Shown here: positions 46,601 through 61,600 of the stretch, one piece after another
Position numbering within the stretch: position 1 is the first letter of the stretch
Layout: every line of letters starts with the position of its first letter
Source: Amoebophrya sp. A120
Taxonomy: Eukaryota > Protista > Dinoflagellata
Length of the DNA: 64,000 nucleotides
Assembly: GCA_905178155.1 (NCBI GenBank)
Contig: CAJINV010000003.1
Span: forward strand, 6,043,985 to 6,107,984
Direction: 5' to 3'
The notes under the pieces: generated by a model
Databases searched by the model: none
Seen by the model: only the letters and a program-made list of their open reading frames with translations
Told to the model about the DNA's origin: nothing
Translations under genes and position numbers: made by a program

Positions 46601-49600
46601 CGTCACCGATTGCGTCGACGTGTTGGAGCTCAAAAAAATAGGCGGAAGTGGCGTCGCAGGTCGCGACGCCAGCACCATCGGTAGCGACTTCGGGGAAACC
46701 ATCCCGACCCCGACGGAGCTGACGGGCCGGACCTGATAAAAGTGCTGCGTGCGACCAGGGAGCAGGTCCCCAACGTCCGGGTCCACAAAAGTGATGCGAG
46801 ACGCGAGACTATCCGCACTGTGGGTGGCCGTGACCACCGGAACGGTGAAGGGTACCCGCGCGACGCTGCCCCCGTTGTCCCCCTCCACGTAGGCCAGTAA
46901 CTCGTATTTTCCGCCCTCGGCGAGACGGCAGTCCGAGTAGCGGCGCTGAAAAGTCGCGCGATGCTCGGCGGCAACCGCAGCCATCTTGCATCCAGCGCCC
47001 CCCCGACTGTCTTTGCCTTGCTTCAACGCGGTAACGTCGGCTGCTACTGCACTGGCGTCTCGGGCGGCGACCACCAGTGCCCAGACCGAGCCGCCACTTG
47101 TAACGAAGTTCAACACGAAGCCGTCCTTCGTCACATCGTCGAGCGAAGGATGGACGTAGAAGAAGTAGTGCGACTGACTCGGAACTGTAGAGACGGGGAC
47201 ACGGAAGATCGCACCATCGTCCAGTCCACTAAAATCCTCCACGTACACGAGCAGGTCGTAAGAGATTCCCCTTTGCAATTGACAATTGCTCAGGCGCACG
47301 GACTCCACCGCACCGTCTATCGCGAGCGAACTGCGACGGCAAGCAGGCTCGGGGCGGAAGGTTCCGGTTCCCGATTCAATCTGCGCCTTCAGCGATGCCG
47401 TAGTTCCGCTGAAGGTGTCTTGGGAAATACCTATCCAAACAAAACCTGCACTGAGTGGCGCGAATTCTACTAGCGTCCCGTCTTCAGTGATTGCGCCGGT
47501 AAGGGTTGGCTCCGAAGAAAATCCATTGGAGGTCGCGTTCTGCGGGGAAGCCGTCGTAGCCACGATGGGGCCAGTGAGTGGAATGCGGAGATCGTCGATT
47601 ATGTACTGCGCCCCTGTGTTGGTCGGAGTCCCCGTGCCGCTCTCCACATACCAGACAAAGGCGTAGGTCACCTGTTCTGCGAGGGAGCAGCCGGAAGCCG
47701 TCAGTGCGGTGCTGATTCCGCCGACGACGTTTGCCGAAGCGAGATTGCACAAACCAGAAGTGGCATCGAGTATCGTCGACGGAGACAGCTTTTTCCCGGG
47801 GGCTGTAACGACCGTCCGAAGTGGAAACACGTTTCCGTATGCTTTCCCGCTCGCGGCGGCTGTGATCTGTGTTGCAACGGAACTTGCCCCTGGTAACGAT
47901 GCCACCTCGTACTTCGTCAGCGAGTTAGACTCTGTAACGCCTACAGCCACGGGCAGTGACTGTCCGGCGCCCTGCACACACACCGCCATGTAATACGTGA
48001 CACCGGCAGTCAGGTTGCATCCAGGTCCGAAGGTGGCTTCCGAGGAATTCGTCGGACCGAAGCTGCATCGTGGGGTTACCGCTGCTCCACCACTGAGGTC
48101 CAGCGTGTCCCCTCCGTCGGTCGTGGGCGTGCACTGCTCGAGGGTGCTTCCCGGAGGATTTATCTGCGCCAAACCGGAAGCCTCGACTAAAATGCCGGTG
48201 GCCAAGGCCCCAGCGATGGTGTTGTCGGTCGCCCAGCTGACTGTCACGCTATCCGGAGTTGTTTCGTTCGACGAGGGGAAGCTGGAGAATATTGCCGTGC
48301 CGTTGCGGATCTGCTGGACCGAAGCAGTGAGAGAATAGAGAGACCCGTCGTTGAGCCCGAACGAATCCTCAATGTAGACGAAAAGAGTATAGTCGTCCGT
48401 AGATGTTGTTGTCAGACCGTCCTCGCTCGGAGGACAGCCAGTCGGCGTGGCAATTTCCGCGGTGGCACCGCCTGTGACCAGAAAGTTGTGGACGCTGCAG
48501 GGATCGCCAGCGGCTGCAAACTTCGGAAAGTACGTTGCGCTTGTTGCATTCGGCGAAAAGTCCAGCTTCGTCAATACTGCCCAGAGCCGTCCGGAGGCTT
48601 TCGGCTTCACACGAAATTTTACTTGCCCTTGTACCGACAGCGAAGCCGTAAACTCCAGGAAAGGACCGGACGTCGTGCTGGTTGATGCAAGTGCAACATC
48701 TACTTCATCTGCTCCGATTAACGGAAGCAGCTCGTTGCTGACGCTTGCTCGCGGCACGGGAACAGGGCCCGCGACACTTCCATCAAAGCGCCCACTTGTG
48801 TCCTCCACATAGAAGAACGCTTCGTAAGAGCGGGACCGATCGAGCGTTCTTAGACAATCTGCAGAGAAAAACGTGGAAAGAGTGTTCGTGACGCCCCCAG
48901 AAATGCTTACAGCGGTTGCGTGCTGCCGACATGCGTTTCCGCCGACTGCAAACGTGCCTGCGCGCACACGCGCCCCCGTCATAACGCGCAGCAACGCTTT
49001 GTCAACGACCGCACCCCAAATAAGCCCGTCGGTCACAGGCTGGACGCTTAATCCCAGAAAACTCGAGTCCGCAGTGCCCACGATTTCTGGCGTTGCCGCA
49101 AAGCTGTTGGAGAGCGGGGTCGTGAAGAGCAGAGGCTCGCTCAGAGATCCTTGCAGACTCACGGTGGTAGCTGCGGTTCCCTCCACGTAGGCAAAGGCGG
49201 CGTAGCTGGTGTTCCCCGTCAAGTTGCAGCTCGTGAAGTTCAGGCTCTGCGCATACAACAGCGACGCGTCCAAGGCGATGCTCGCAACTAGGCACACAAA
49301 CACGTCGCTCGTGTCGTCCGCGAGGGCAGCGGCGCGAAGCACGTTCCTGGTAACACACCCAGCGTTGCTCGCGTGCACGATTCCAAAAAACCCAGTGCCG
49401 GACAGGGAGGAACTAAATCTCAGCTCCGGCCCATCTGAGCCGACCGAGGAAGGCACGATGTAGGGGCTCTGCGTGAAAAAGTTCGTCGCCGAGGCCAATC
49501 CCTCCGGAGCAACAAAAGCGGTCGTCGAAACGGCTGCCCCGTCGTCCGCGGCCGCCGCATCCTCGACGTAGCCGATGATTGCGTACTTGCCGCCGGCGAC

Positions 49601-52600
49601 AAGATCGCAGGGCTGCAGGGTCGTGGTCACCAATTTTCCGGCAGTCCCGGACACGGTGGCCGATCCCGCGCACACCACGTCTCCGGTCGCAAAATCGCTG
49701 TGGCCGGAGAACGGCGACTTCACGGCCGTCTTCGCGACTGCCGAGTTCAGAAACGGAGAAGGTAGAACCACGAAGTGCGCTGTCCCCGCTGGACCCGAAG
49801 CTGCAAACGACAGTCCTAAAACCGTAGAGTTCGCATCGGGTGACTCCGAGGCGAACGGCGCAACTTCAAAAGCGTTCGATGGCTGCACGTAGAATCGCTG
49901 TGCCGGGGACATCGTCCCCGTGCCCGCCGCGCGCCCGGGATCTTCCACGTAGGCGTAAAGCTTGTACTTTGCATCTCCCTTCAAGAACGACGCACAGGCG
50001 AACGAGACCGTAACACCGGTACTACCACTGCCCACAAACGTGCTGCCCACCCCGCAGCTGGTAGCGGCGTGGCTCTGGATCTCGTCCGCGGTCGGCGTCG
50101 CGGCCTCGTCTTGGAAGACAGCCAGCCAGACTAGCCCCACACTTCGGAGGCCGCGCACAGAAACCGACAGCGTTGTAGCCTTGGTCGCCAGCGCAGGAAG
50201 AGCCACGGTGCCCGTGGTGACGGTCGCGGCCTCATTTGCAACCGGCGGCGGAGGTACCAAAAACGCGATGCTGGCGGGGAACGAGTTGCTTGCGGCGCTA
50301 ATGGAGAAGGAGACCGGCATCGAGAACACGCCATCGCTCTCTACAGAGTCCTGCCCCTCCGCGTACAGCACAATACGGTAGGTGCCCGGTGCCTCCAGAA
50401 AGCATCCGTGCAGCGCCAGGGTCACCGGGGTCGCCACCGTGTCCACCGCCAGGGCCGCCGCTCCCGTCTTGGAACACGAGTCCATCGAGCCCAGAAAGAG
50501 TTGCTGGCGCCGAGAGGTGGAGGTGCTCGAGATAAAGTCACCAGAAGTTGTAGTTCCTGCCTTGAACAGCTGCGCGGAAAAGGAATTCTCGACATCACGG
50601 ACGACACCAGCCCACACGCGACCGGGTTTTTCCAGCGCAAAAGTCACGTTTACACTGTGCGAGGACGCGGAGAGAACGGTAGGCTGCGTCTGAAACGAGT
50701 TCGACAGCGGGAAAATCAGCTTGGCGTCGCGGTACACACGAAAACTAGCTACGGAGCCGTCCGTTGACGGGTCCCACTCGAGGCTGGCCTGCGCCTCGGA
50801 AAACGTAGACACGGTTGGGCCGACGAAGAGGGCTCGCGGAGTTGCGACGTGCGAACCGGTGGAAAAAATACTAGACCGCACGCCTTCCCCCACTGCACTG
50901 ACGGCAGTGGCGTAGTACTTGTAGCTTTTCCCGAGCTCTACGCCAGCGTGCTCAAAGCGAGTGGCCGAGCCCACGTAGAGCTCCTCAAAAAACCCAAGCC
51001 CCGTTTCCCCGTACAGCTTGTATTGGTAGACCGGGGCGCCGCCTGTCACGAACGGAGCATCCCACGCCAGCGTCAACGAGGACGGAGACCTGACATCGGT
51101 ACTTGCAAGCGGATTTCCCGCACGTTCCCCGTCGAAGAACAAGCGCAAGTTCGTAGGTGCTTCGGGCACGTTTCCGCAGGTGATTGCGGGCAGCGGCTGG
51201 AAAATTCCAAACCCGCGGGCGTTGCGCGGACCCACATACAGACTTATCGTCTCCCCAACTGCGCAGGCAACCGTGGCGGTGGTCGAGGTTCCCTCCCACT
51301 TCTCGCAGCCACTGTCGTACGCAAAAATCTTGTACGAGGTAATGGGCTGTCCGCCAAGATCGATGGGCGCAAACCAGGATACCTGAAGCGACTCCGCCGA
51401 CACCCGCGTCAACGACGGCTGCAGCACCGGGTCGGGGACCCTCTCTGCTTTCTTTACCGTGGGCATCGTGAAGGCTCCGCGCCCGATTGCGGTTTCTGCG
51501 GCCACGCGAATCCGATACGAACGCCCGGGTGTCAGCACCAAAGCGGGCCCCCCGATGGTAGCCTCGGCTGTCGTTGAACTTAGGATCGCTGCTGTGCGAT
51601 AAGCGCCACCAAAGCCGTCATCGACTTCCACCACATAGCCTTTCAATGGAAGTTCACTCGTCAGATTGACCGCCGGCGCGTTCCATTGGACCAAGAAAAG
51701 TGCGTAAAAGGTTCGCTCCTCGCTATTTGACGTTGCCAACGGCACCACCGTGTTCCCCAAGGGATCGGCTGGAAAAGCGGGCGGGAACGACACGCTCAGC
51801 CCTCCGGGTGTGGCCGGGAAATTGCCTGCAAAGCCGGTAGCCTCGTTGGAGTAGGTGCCGTACACCGGCAAAATTTCGTTTTTCGCGGACACTCGGTACG
51901 TGTACTGCTCTCCTAGTTGGACCGTTTCGTCCTCGTAGCGGAGCTCGTCTGCCGACGTCAAAGCCAACTCCGTCCACACGCCCTCCGACGCTGCGTACCG
52001 GTCGACACGGTAATTGGCGATCGGCGCGCACCCCAACTGATGCGGCTCGTCCCAGGAGAGCTGAAACAAAGTCGGACCCGCGTAGGTTACGTTCAAGTTT
52101 GGCACATAGGACGGCTTCAGCGCGACCACGCCCGAGGAAATGTTGCTCTTGGGGCCCTCCCCGATCTGGTTCAGGGCGGACACCTGGGCCCGGTACGTTT
52201 TTCCGCAGGTCACATTCTGCACGGTGAACGCGGTGACCATCGGCGTGTTGCTCCCGTCGTACACCTCCAACAGCGTTGGATCCTCGTTCCCCGAGTCCAT
52301 GTAGAGCTTGTAGCCTGTCACCACAGCGCCGCCACGCAGCGCGCCGTCCAGGACCTCCCAGTCCCACGTGAGACTGGTACCCGTGGACTTGGAAACACCC
52401 AGTGTGCGCACCGACCCGGTGGGCGGGCCTCCAACGGTGTGCAGTCGCCGATTGCTCCACCCTCCCAGGCCGGCCTGCGTCTGCGCCGCGACCCGGAATT
52501 GGTAGGTGCGACTGGGCTGCAACCCGGCGATGACGATGCGCAGCTCGCTGTTGTCCGGATTCGGGGTCACCTGCGTCCACACGTTGAAATCCGGGTCGAT

Positions 52601-55600
52601 CGCGTACTGGACCACGTAGTTCGTCACGGGACTGCCCCCGTCCAACACGGGGGGCATGTACGAGAGCACGATCGCGTCGTTCTGGATCACGCCCGCCGCA
52701 TCCCGGGACGGGACGGTGTCCAGCCGGATCGGCTTGCCGGGCAGCGACGCCATGTCTTTGTACAGTGTGTCCGACGGGTTGCCCTTCCCCGCCACCGTGA
52801 CGGCGGTCACGTAGGCTCGGTAGGTGCGCCGCGCCACCAGGTTTTCCGCGGTGTAGGTCGTGGTGGTTGGCTTGTAGAAGCCATCGTAGACCCGGTAGAA
52901 CAACCCGCCCAGACCGTCGTCAATCCACAGCTCATACCCCTGAATCGAACTGGGGTCGGTGCTCCCGATCTCCTCCTCCGTGGTGAGTGGGTCCCAGGTG
53001 TACTTCAGCGACTTGTCCGACGCAGCCTCGGCCCGTAGGTTTTTCACCTTAGCCGGGATTGAGGCGATCGGCACCTTGAGCCCCACACTCTCGCCGGTGA
53101 AGACGCCGAGGCAGTTCTTGCCCATCACCGAGAACTTCGGCGAGGAGGCGCACTTCAGGTTCGAAAACTCTGCAGAAGTGACCGTGGCATCCACCTCCAA
53201 TGCGACCACACCGTCCTGCAGAACTTGGTAGCGTTCCATAGCGCAGCCCCCGTTGTCCTGCGGTGACGTCCAGCGGAACCGAACCTGCGCCGTGTTCGGC
53301 TGCCGACTGGTGGTGGTCAGCCCCGCGTAGCAAACGCTGTCGACCAGGTGCGGTCGTCCGATCTGGCCCGGGAGCTGGATCGTCCGGATCTCGCTCGCCT
53401 CGGACAGGTCGGACTCCCCCGCCTGATTGGTGGCCGTCACCTGGAACCGGTACCGCAGGCCCGTGCCGAGCTGGCGACTCGTGTACATCAAGGCGGCCCC
53501 GTTGAACACGGGGACCATCGGACCCCCGATTCCGTCGTTCCGGTAGAGCGTGAAGGCCGTGATGTCCGAGCCCCCGTTGCTGGCCGGGAGTTTCCACCGC
53601 ACGGTGATCAGGTTGCGGGACTGCTCCACCATCTCCGGCGGGTCCATCCGCGACGGCGCCGAGGCCACGAGAAAATCGACGACCACGCTGCTCGGGCTGG
53701 GACCGACATCGTTCAGCACCACCGTGCGGTAGCGGTAGGTTTTTCCGACTTCCACGTTCGTGTCCGTCACCTGCGTGACGCTCTGGTCCACCGTCTGCCA
53801 CAGAAAGAAGGCCCCGGACGCCCCGTCGTCCCGGTAGATTTCGAGACCGGTAATGGGCACCCCTCCATTGTCGGCGGGGAAGAACAAATTCACGGTGATG
53901 AAGGGCGTTGGGAAGACCACGGATTTGAAAAGCGTGGGGCGCGGCGGCTGCCCCGGAATACTCGCGACCATCATGGGACCCAGCACATTGGAGGCGGTGC
54001 AGCCCACGTTGTTACAAACCTCCAGGTAGAAGTGGTAGCGGCGCCCGGTCATCAAGTTGGCGTATTCGTACTGGTTGCCGTCGTACTTGGAAACGCTGTT
54101 CGGGAGACTGGAGCTGCTCGGCAGCCGGTCGACCAGCATGTACTCCCCGCCCAGCCCGTCGTCGCGGTACATAAGAAATTCGGTGAGCGGGATTTTGGAC
54201 AAGGGCGTGTCGACGCGCCAGCCGACGGTGAGTGCGGACTTGGTGAAGGTCTCGATGAGGAACTGCAGATTGCGCACGGGCTGCGGCTTCAGGGCCGCAT
54301 AAAACCGCCCGATACGTGAAAGCGGCGACTTCAAGGTGCAGTACTCGACGTTCGGACACAGGGGCGAGTTCTCTGTGCACACTTCCGCGTCCGTTGGGCA
54401 CACCGGGGGCGGGATCTGCGCGTAGCCCCCCGGGCAGGGACCGTGCGCCTGGATCTGGATCTGGTACACACCGAGGGGGAGAGGAAGGTTGTTCAATTGC
54501 CACTGCCCCACGTTTGCGTTGCAGATTTCGATCTTGTTGCTCAGCAGCGACCCATCCACGCCACTGTTGTACAGGATCGTGTACTTCGTGACGAAACCTC
54601 CGCCCAAATCCGTGGGCGGATCCCACATGATGTGGATGCTGTTTTCGGTGGTGTTCCGCAACCGCGGCACGCCCGGTGCTTGCGGCGCGACGCCGGCAAG
54701 GAACTCGACCACCTCGCTGCGAAAGCTTTCGACGGCGGAGTTGAGAGCGGTGACTTGGTAGCGGTACCGTCGTCCCGGAATGAGCGGGTCGTGCCGGTAG
54801 GTTCGAACCGTCACGGACCCGAACCCGTCATACAAGAGCACCGGCGGCTCGTTGTTGCCGGTATTCGCATACAACCGATATCCCGTAGCATTCGCCACTG
54901 CGCTCCAAAACACATCAATGGCCGTGGGCGAATCCGGCACCGCGCGAGTAATTTGGGAAGGCGGCGGCGGCGCTGGTACATCCAGTGCTTGCAGCACTCT
55001 TGCCGGAGACACGTCGGTAAGCATATTGACTGACTGCTCGACACCATTCAGAGCCAGCACGCGATACTTGCAGCTCGCCGTGGGTCCACAAAACTTTGCC
55101 ACCGTGCCATCCGTGCAACTTGTCTCACTAGCCGGCAGCTGCATCACGGAATCGATACCCAACAGACAGGGGATCGCTGAGTACGTTTCATTCGGGTCCT
55201 CCAAAGTAGCGCGCTGCACGATGTAGCCAGTAACTGGCCGGCCCCCGGTATCACTCGGCGGTTCCCAGCGCAGCGTTAATGAGGTTTTGGTCGCACGCAG
55301 AATGGCTGGGGCACTCGGTGCGTAAGGCGCCTTTGCGCACAGCCGACTCAATTTTGCACTGCGCATGGAGGCACCCGCGGCGGACACCGCCTGCAACTGA
55401 AAGTCATAGAAGCGTCCCGTGGTACAGCCTCGCAGTGTGTAGAAGGACACGGCGGTCTGCTTGGAGCCGTCCCACACCAACTGGTCGTCCAAGTACAGGT
55501 AGAAACCCGTGACCGCAACCTCCGACGGCGGCGCAGTGAACTCGAGCGTGATGCTGCGCTCCGTCGAGGTGGCCACTGCGAGCTCGCAGACGTTTTCGAC

Positions 55601-58600
55601 CAGCCGCCCGCGGTTGGCGCAAATCCGCGGGGTGGTGGGGACACTCGCCGCCACAAATGTGGACATGGGCGAGTACTGGGTCGGCCCGGTACGCACGGTG
55701 TTCACAGCATACACGCGATACGTGTACGACTGCGCCGACACAATGTCGAGCTCGTCATTCCAGTAGCGATTGATCAGAAATCCGTCGGAGGTGCGCGCGT
55801 TCGCGGCAGCCTCCAACCCGGTTGGTTGCAGGGTCAGGTCCGTCCAGCTGAGCCCGTTATCCAGAGACCGCTCCACACGATAGCTGTACACACGGGAACC
55901 GCGATCGTCCATCGGCGCGTTCCATCGCAGAAAAATATTGGACCGAGTGCTTTGGTACGAGGCCGCCACCGGCTTTCCGGGGGCTAGCGGCTTCGCCGCG
56001 GCCTGCACAACAAGGGGGATCTTCGTCGGCTCTCCCAACCCGGTGGGGTTGACGCTGTAAAGAACGAATTGAAAGTACTCTCCCACTTTGTCCGCGGCCG
56101 GAAGGTAGCTGACCTCCAGAACAGACGAGCGATCCAGACCGTTCCAAATCAAAGTCCCCCCGCGGACGCCATCCATCAGATCAGTCCGCACCGCATACTC
56201 AGGAGCGAAGGCATAACGATCCACGGGCTCTAGCGCCGGAGCAGGCGTTGCGGCGAGTGCAGCAGTCACGTTGGCGGGTTCTTGTCCGGAGGTCGTCGGC
56301 GAAGATGAAGCCCCAATACTACTCACAGAGGACTGCGCCGAGCTCTGCATGGCGTTGACGGATGCAAGAACCTGCGCACCTGCCTGGTCATACACGTAAA
56401 CTTTGTAGCCACTCACCCTGTCACTGGAAGTCCCGTCGTCTGATAGAGGCGCTCTCCAGCGAACGAGGATTCTTTCGGGCGACTGCAATAAAATGGAATC
56501 CAACTGCGGGTCGTACCAGCGAGGCGCTGAAGCTCGGGAAGCAGGAACCGCCGTGAGCCGTTCCGAGCGAGGCCCCGGTCCGGCAGAATTCACTGCAGCA
56601 ACGCTGAAAAAGAACGTATCGTGCGGCGTGAGCCCTGATATGGTGAGCGACAGACTCTGTCCACTAGGCGTGTCGTGGAAAGTTTCCTGACCGAAGAAGC
56701 CAGTCTGATTCCGACCCAGCTGGTACACGCGGTAGGTCGTCAACGGAGTGCTGCCCGTGTCCAAAACGGCATCCCACGTCAACGTGACCGTGGTATTGTC
56801 CTGCAAGCCAAACGGATCGCGGCGAAAATTCGCGGGTGCTGCGGTTGGAGGATCAAAGTCGCAGCAAAGCGCGGCCGAAGCGTCGGAAACGGCGGACCAG
56901 CCGACGCGCGTGGCGAACTTGACCTCGAAGCTGTACGTTCGCCCGGGGACCAAATCGTACAGAGTCACGTTTTTCGGCTCCGTAATGCTACCCTGGAGCG
57001 CTACCGCGGGCAGCTTGTGCTCCACTATCTCTTCCCGGCGAATCAGCTCGTAGTACAGCACTGGGGTGTTCGCCATGGTCGTCGGTGGCGTCAACAGCAG
57101 CATCATCATCCCGCTGCGTGGGTCCGCACCCTGCAATAACGGGGGCACCGGTTTACTTGGTAGCGTCGTTGGTTGCACCAAGATTTCGAAGGGATACGAA
57201 GACGCATAGACATTGCGCGACACGATGTAGTACGCATACACCGTCTGCGGATCTGTAGCACCCGTGTCCGTCCAGGAGAAAGGGTCAAGTGCTCCTGACG
57301 TCCCAGTTTCATAGACGAGCTCCACCCCCGTCTGCAAAGTCGTTGCAGCATCGCCATCCACAAAAATCTCCTGCATCATGTTGTTATCTTCTGCGGTGCT
57401 CGTTGACGTCGACGGCGTGGCGCCGACTCTCCGGTAGATGCGATACCCGGTAATCGGCAGGCCACCATCATCTTTGGGCGGTAGCCAGCGAAGCAGCACG
57501 GGCGTGATCGCAGCGGCTCCGGGTGGTGCACTTGCTTCCAGAGCGGCTGACTGTGCTGGTGTCAAATCTCGATAGAAAGCATCTGGCACGCCCGGACGAT
57601 CGTAGACAAGCAGCGCGCGCGGGAAATCGTCTAGGCGCCGCTTCGAATGGTAGAACGCGCCCTCTGGAACTAGTTGGCGTCGCATCCCACACTGTTCGCA
57701 CGTCCATTCGAGCTTCAATGCGGCTTCTCCTACAATCTCCCGGTAGTACAGCTGAATTGCGTACAGTCGGTTTTGTGCCAAGTAGAGAGAAAATGACCCG
57801 GAAGTTGCGGAAGATGTACTACTGGTCGAAGATGAATGCGTTGCGCCTAATGAGCTTGCCTCCCCGGAGGCCCCCTCGAGCACATAAGTTGCAGCGGGTT
57901 CACCGGAAGGCGAGATGGTTTCCTCGAGCAGCAAGCTGCCGTAGCTCGTGCTTCCGGTCTTGGCCGCCAGGAGCTCCGGACGCAGTGCCTGCAGCCGCTT
58001 CCGGCGCTCTGCCGTCGCGGAAAGCGTGTCGGAATTAAAGACCATTTCGTGATCCACCCAGACTTTCACGTCGTCGTTGTAAGTCACAAAAAATTGGTAC
58101 ATGCCCTCCCCCGGGGCTCGAAGAAACCCGCTCCACGAGGCAGTTACGTAGTCCTCGGCTTCACCGCTGACCAGGCCGTTCCCGAAGTGGAAGTTGACCT
58201 GCTTGTCCACGACCGCGCTGGTGGGAACGCCGAGCCGCTGTACGTTGTTGTAGTACAAAGCGTTGAGTCCGCCGCGCTGCACCGAAAAACACTCCACGGA
58301 GTACCGCCCAACGGGCGCCTCGCTGGAGACGAACACGTTCAGCTCGAAGAACTCTTCACCGGTGGACTGCGACCGGGTTGACTCGATGGGCTGCACCTCC
58401 AGCGGCGACAGCGCCTCCCCCGGCCCCGACGACTCGCACACCAGCATCCGCAACCCCGCGCTGAGCATCATCCGGTTTCTGAGCTCGTCCCGCGGCACAA
58501 ACACGATTTTGTTCGGCGTCGCGCGCTGCACCTCCGTCGGGAAGGAGCTGGTCGCAAAGTTGTAGGCCAAATCGTCCAGGGCCACGTCGTCCGCAGCCCC

Positions 58601-61600
58601 GCCGTGGGCGGACGTCAAAGGCTTGCGCGGCCTGACCGGCACGTAAAAGGGAACCGTGCTCGTGGGCACCCCATCCACGTACACGAAGAAGTCGTACGTT
58701 TTGGCCAGCGTGATCAGGTAGGTGCAGGCGAACACGCCGCGCCCCTCGTTCGTGCACTGGAACTCCACGCGGCTGGTGTTTACGACGGTGGTGGCGGGTA
58801 CGTCGGTGATCACGTCCTCGTTCACGTCCCGCAGCGTCACGTTGAAGTACCCGCGTTCGTTCGCGGTCGTGCCGGCGTCGAGGTTCGGGCCTGCAACCAG
58901 GCTCTGGGGGGGCGATATGGGCCCGGTGCGGATGGTCAACCGCGGCACGTTGGCCAGCGTCGTTCCGTTGATCTGCACGCGGAGAGGAATCTGCGGCCCG
59001 GAGGCCCGCGGGGAGAACTCCAGGATGTACACGCCGCCTATCTGCGGGTGGCGCTTCACGGCAACGAGGGTCTTCCGCTGAGGCGTCTCCAGCTCCGCGG
59101 AGATCGGCACGGGGGTGTCAAAAGAGGCGCGCAGGTTGCCATATTTGTCTTTGGTGTGCAGGTATGCCACGTTCTTCGTGCCCGCCGTCGCGAAAACCAG
59201 GTCGATCGAGCACTCCTCTGTTCCTTCCACGAGCGCCGGGCCGCCCGACTGGCCGGGTGCGCACACCAACGTGTGATCCGCGTGCGGCTCCGCCGGCGCC
59301 ACAAGAATCGTTTGGTCGCGAAAGATACTCAAGGGGTGCAGTAGCGCGGACACGGGCACGACGCTGTCCTGGTAGGCGGTACTGGACCAAAACAGCCGAA
59401 TGTAGGCTGTGCCGATGCCGTGTTCGTACCGAATTCGGATCTCCACCTCGCGGTTTGCTTGCAGCTCTACGCGGCCCTGGAGTTCTTCGTTGCCGATGTC
59501 ATCTTCCACGGAGGCTGTTTTCGTCCCGCTGCGGTTTATGACGACTTGACCGTCAATCCTGACCTCGCAGTCGCCGTCGGTCTCCACGCGGATCGTGTGC
59601 ATTCCGCTTGACACCGGCAGCAGAAACCCACTCCACTCCGCGGAGAAATGGTCCGCTGGGGCGCCCTCCACGGGCAGGTCCGGCCACACGAAGTCCACCT
59701 GGTTATCCACGCGCGTAAAGAAGTCCGTCGCCTCCCCGACATGTCCATCATCAGCGTTGCGCTTGTCGGCATTGACACCGGCGAGCCCGGGAAGAGCCCT
59801 TGTTCGGACCAAGGATTGGAAGCGTGGCGCGCGGTAGTAGCATGCGATCAACCCGCCTTCCGTCCGCAGCTCCTCTTTCAGGCTATACTCCCCGCGTTTG
59901 TGAAGATTCAGCACCGTGTAGTACTGCTTTTGTACGAAGTTCCAGTACGCGTGGGTCGCTAGCACCTCATCGTCGAGCGATCTGGTGCTCGACCCTGTGG
60001 TAAGCGTCAGCTTCCGTGCGCTGCCGTAGAGCAAAAATCCGGGTTGCGGCAGCGGGTTGCTGAACCGGTCTTTGACGTCGCAGGAGATAATCGTCGGGGT
60101 GCCCGCAATGAAGGTCGACGGAAAAGAGCAGGCGCTTCCGTTGGCGGCCTCTTTCGTCGGCAGCACCACCAGGTCCTGAAACGGCGAGCCCAGTACGTGC
60201 ACGCCATTGGCACTCACCACCAGAGTCGAGTTGCGGGTGGCGCGCTCGGCGCGCGCATCCACGCCGTAGGTGCCATCGCCGTTATTTTCGTAGAAGAGAC
60301 TCAGCCCGTCCATGGATGCGTGGAAAGAGGTAATATCCGCGGCCGTAACGTTCGGCAGCGAATTCCCAAATCGATCGCGCCATTGCAAAATGATCCGCCG
60401 CTCGACACCGGCTTCGAAGGTCCCGGGAACCGAAAGGAACCGCGAATTCTGCGGCGCGATAGCCGATGGAACAAGTTTGATGGGGAACGGACCGCGAATC
60501 CGAACTGTTTTGTTCAGCAGACCAGATTTTGAAATGGTCGACACCTCGGTCCCGTTCACCGTCACAGAAATAACGCGCTCGCCGCTGACAAACGTCGGCA
60601 CGAGCCGGCATTCGTACACACCGCGCAAGCCGTCGCAAGGCTGCTGGCCGCCCGGCGAGTTGCAACCGCGGTAGCGATCGCACCGCGCCTCATCGAATTC
60701 GTTCGACGCGGGGAAAGAGATGGAGCGGATCAGGGGAACAAACGAAGGCTGCACCGGCGACGTCAACGCATTTCCAAACGCGTCTCGCAACTGCACTAGC
60801 AAGCGCAGCTCGTTTCCGACCGTAAAGTTGGTTGGCACCTGCTCCACGCGGCTCTTCTTCCCCTGCGGGAGTTCGAAGGTGCTCTTCGGGCCGGTCGTCG
60901 AGGTGTAGCCGCGCACGCGGAACGGGCTGCCTCGAATGGGCTCGTTATTCACGTTCACAAAAAGGTCGTAATATCCTTCTCGGAACGCACGGTACGTCAC
61001 CAGGTACGTCCCCGGGATCGCGTTCTCTGCGTCGTACGCCACTTTTCCCTCGAACCGAGATTCAAACTCCGCCTCGAGCAGGTCCTGGTCGTCTGCCGTT
61101 TCCGGAAAACCCGGACTCCAAGCCACCGGCTCCAGCCACTGCAGTGCGGCGTTCACGTGCAAGAACGGGTCGTTCAGCGCATTGTGGTCTTGGTCTCGCA
61201 CGTGGACGGCGAAAGAACCTTCTTGGTTGACCACGAACTCAGCAACGCCGTGTCCGGACGCGATCGAGTTACTGGCGCGGTACGTCCCCGGCGAGGCGAC
61301 CAGCGAAAACGGACTGCCCGCCAGCGGCTCCGGCACGCCGTCTGCGGTCGTGGCTAGGCTCACGTGCACCTGGTACTGACCCGCAACTTGGAGCGAGTAG
61401 AAGCACACGTACAATCCGTCCCGCGAGGTCTGGTTCACGGGGAGAGAAGTTTTCTCCACCACGACCACATCACCATCCTTTGTTTTCGCACTGCTGGTGG
61501 CGTCCCGCGCGACCAATTCGAACTTCACCGTGTACGCGTCCGTCTCCGTTAAAATGTTGTTCCCCGCGGCGTCTTTGGCTTGCAGGTAGAAGCGGTTCTC

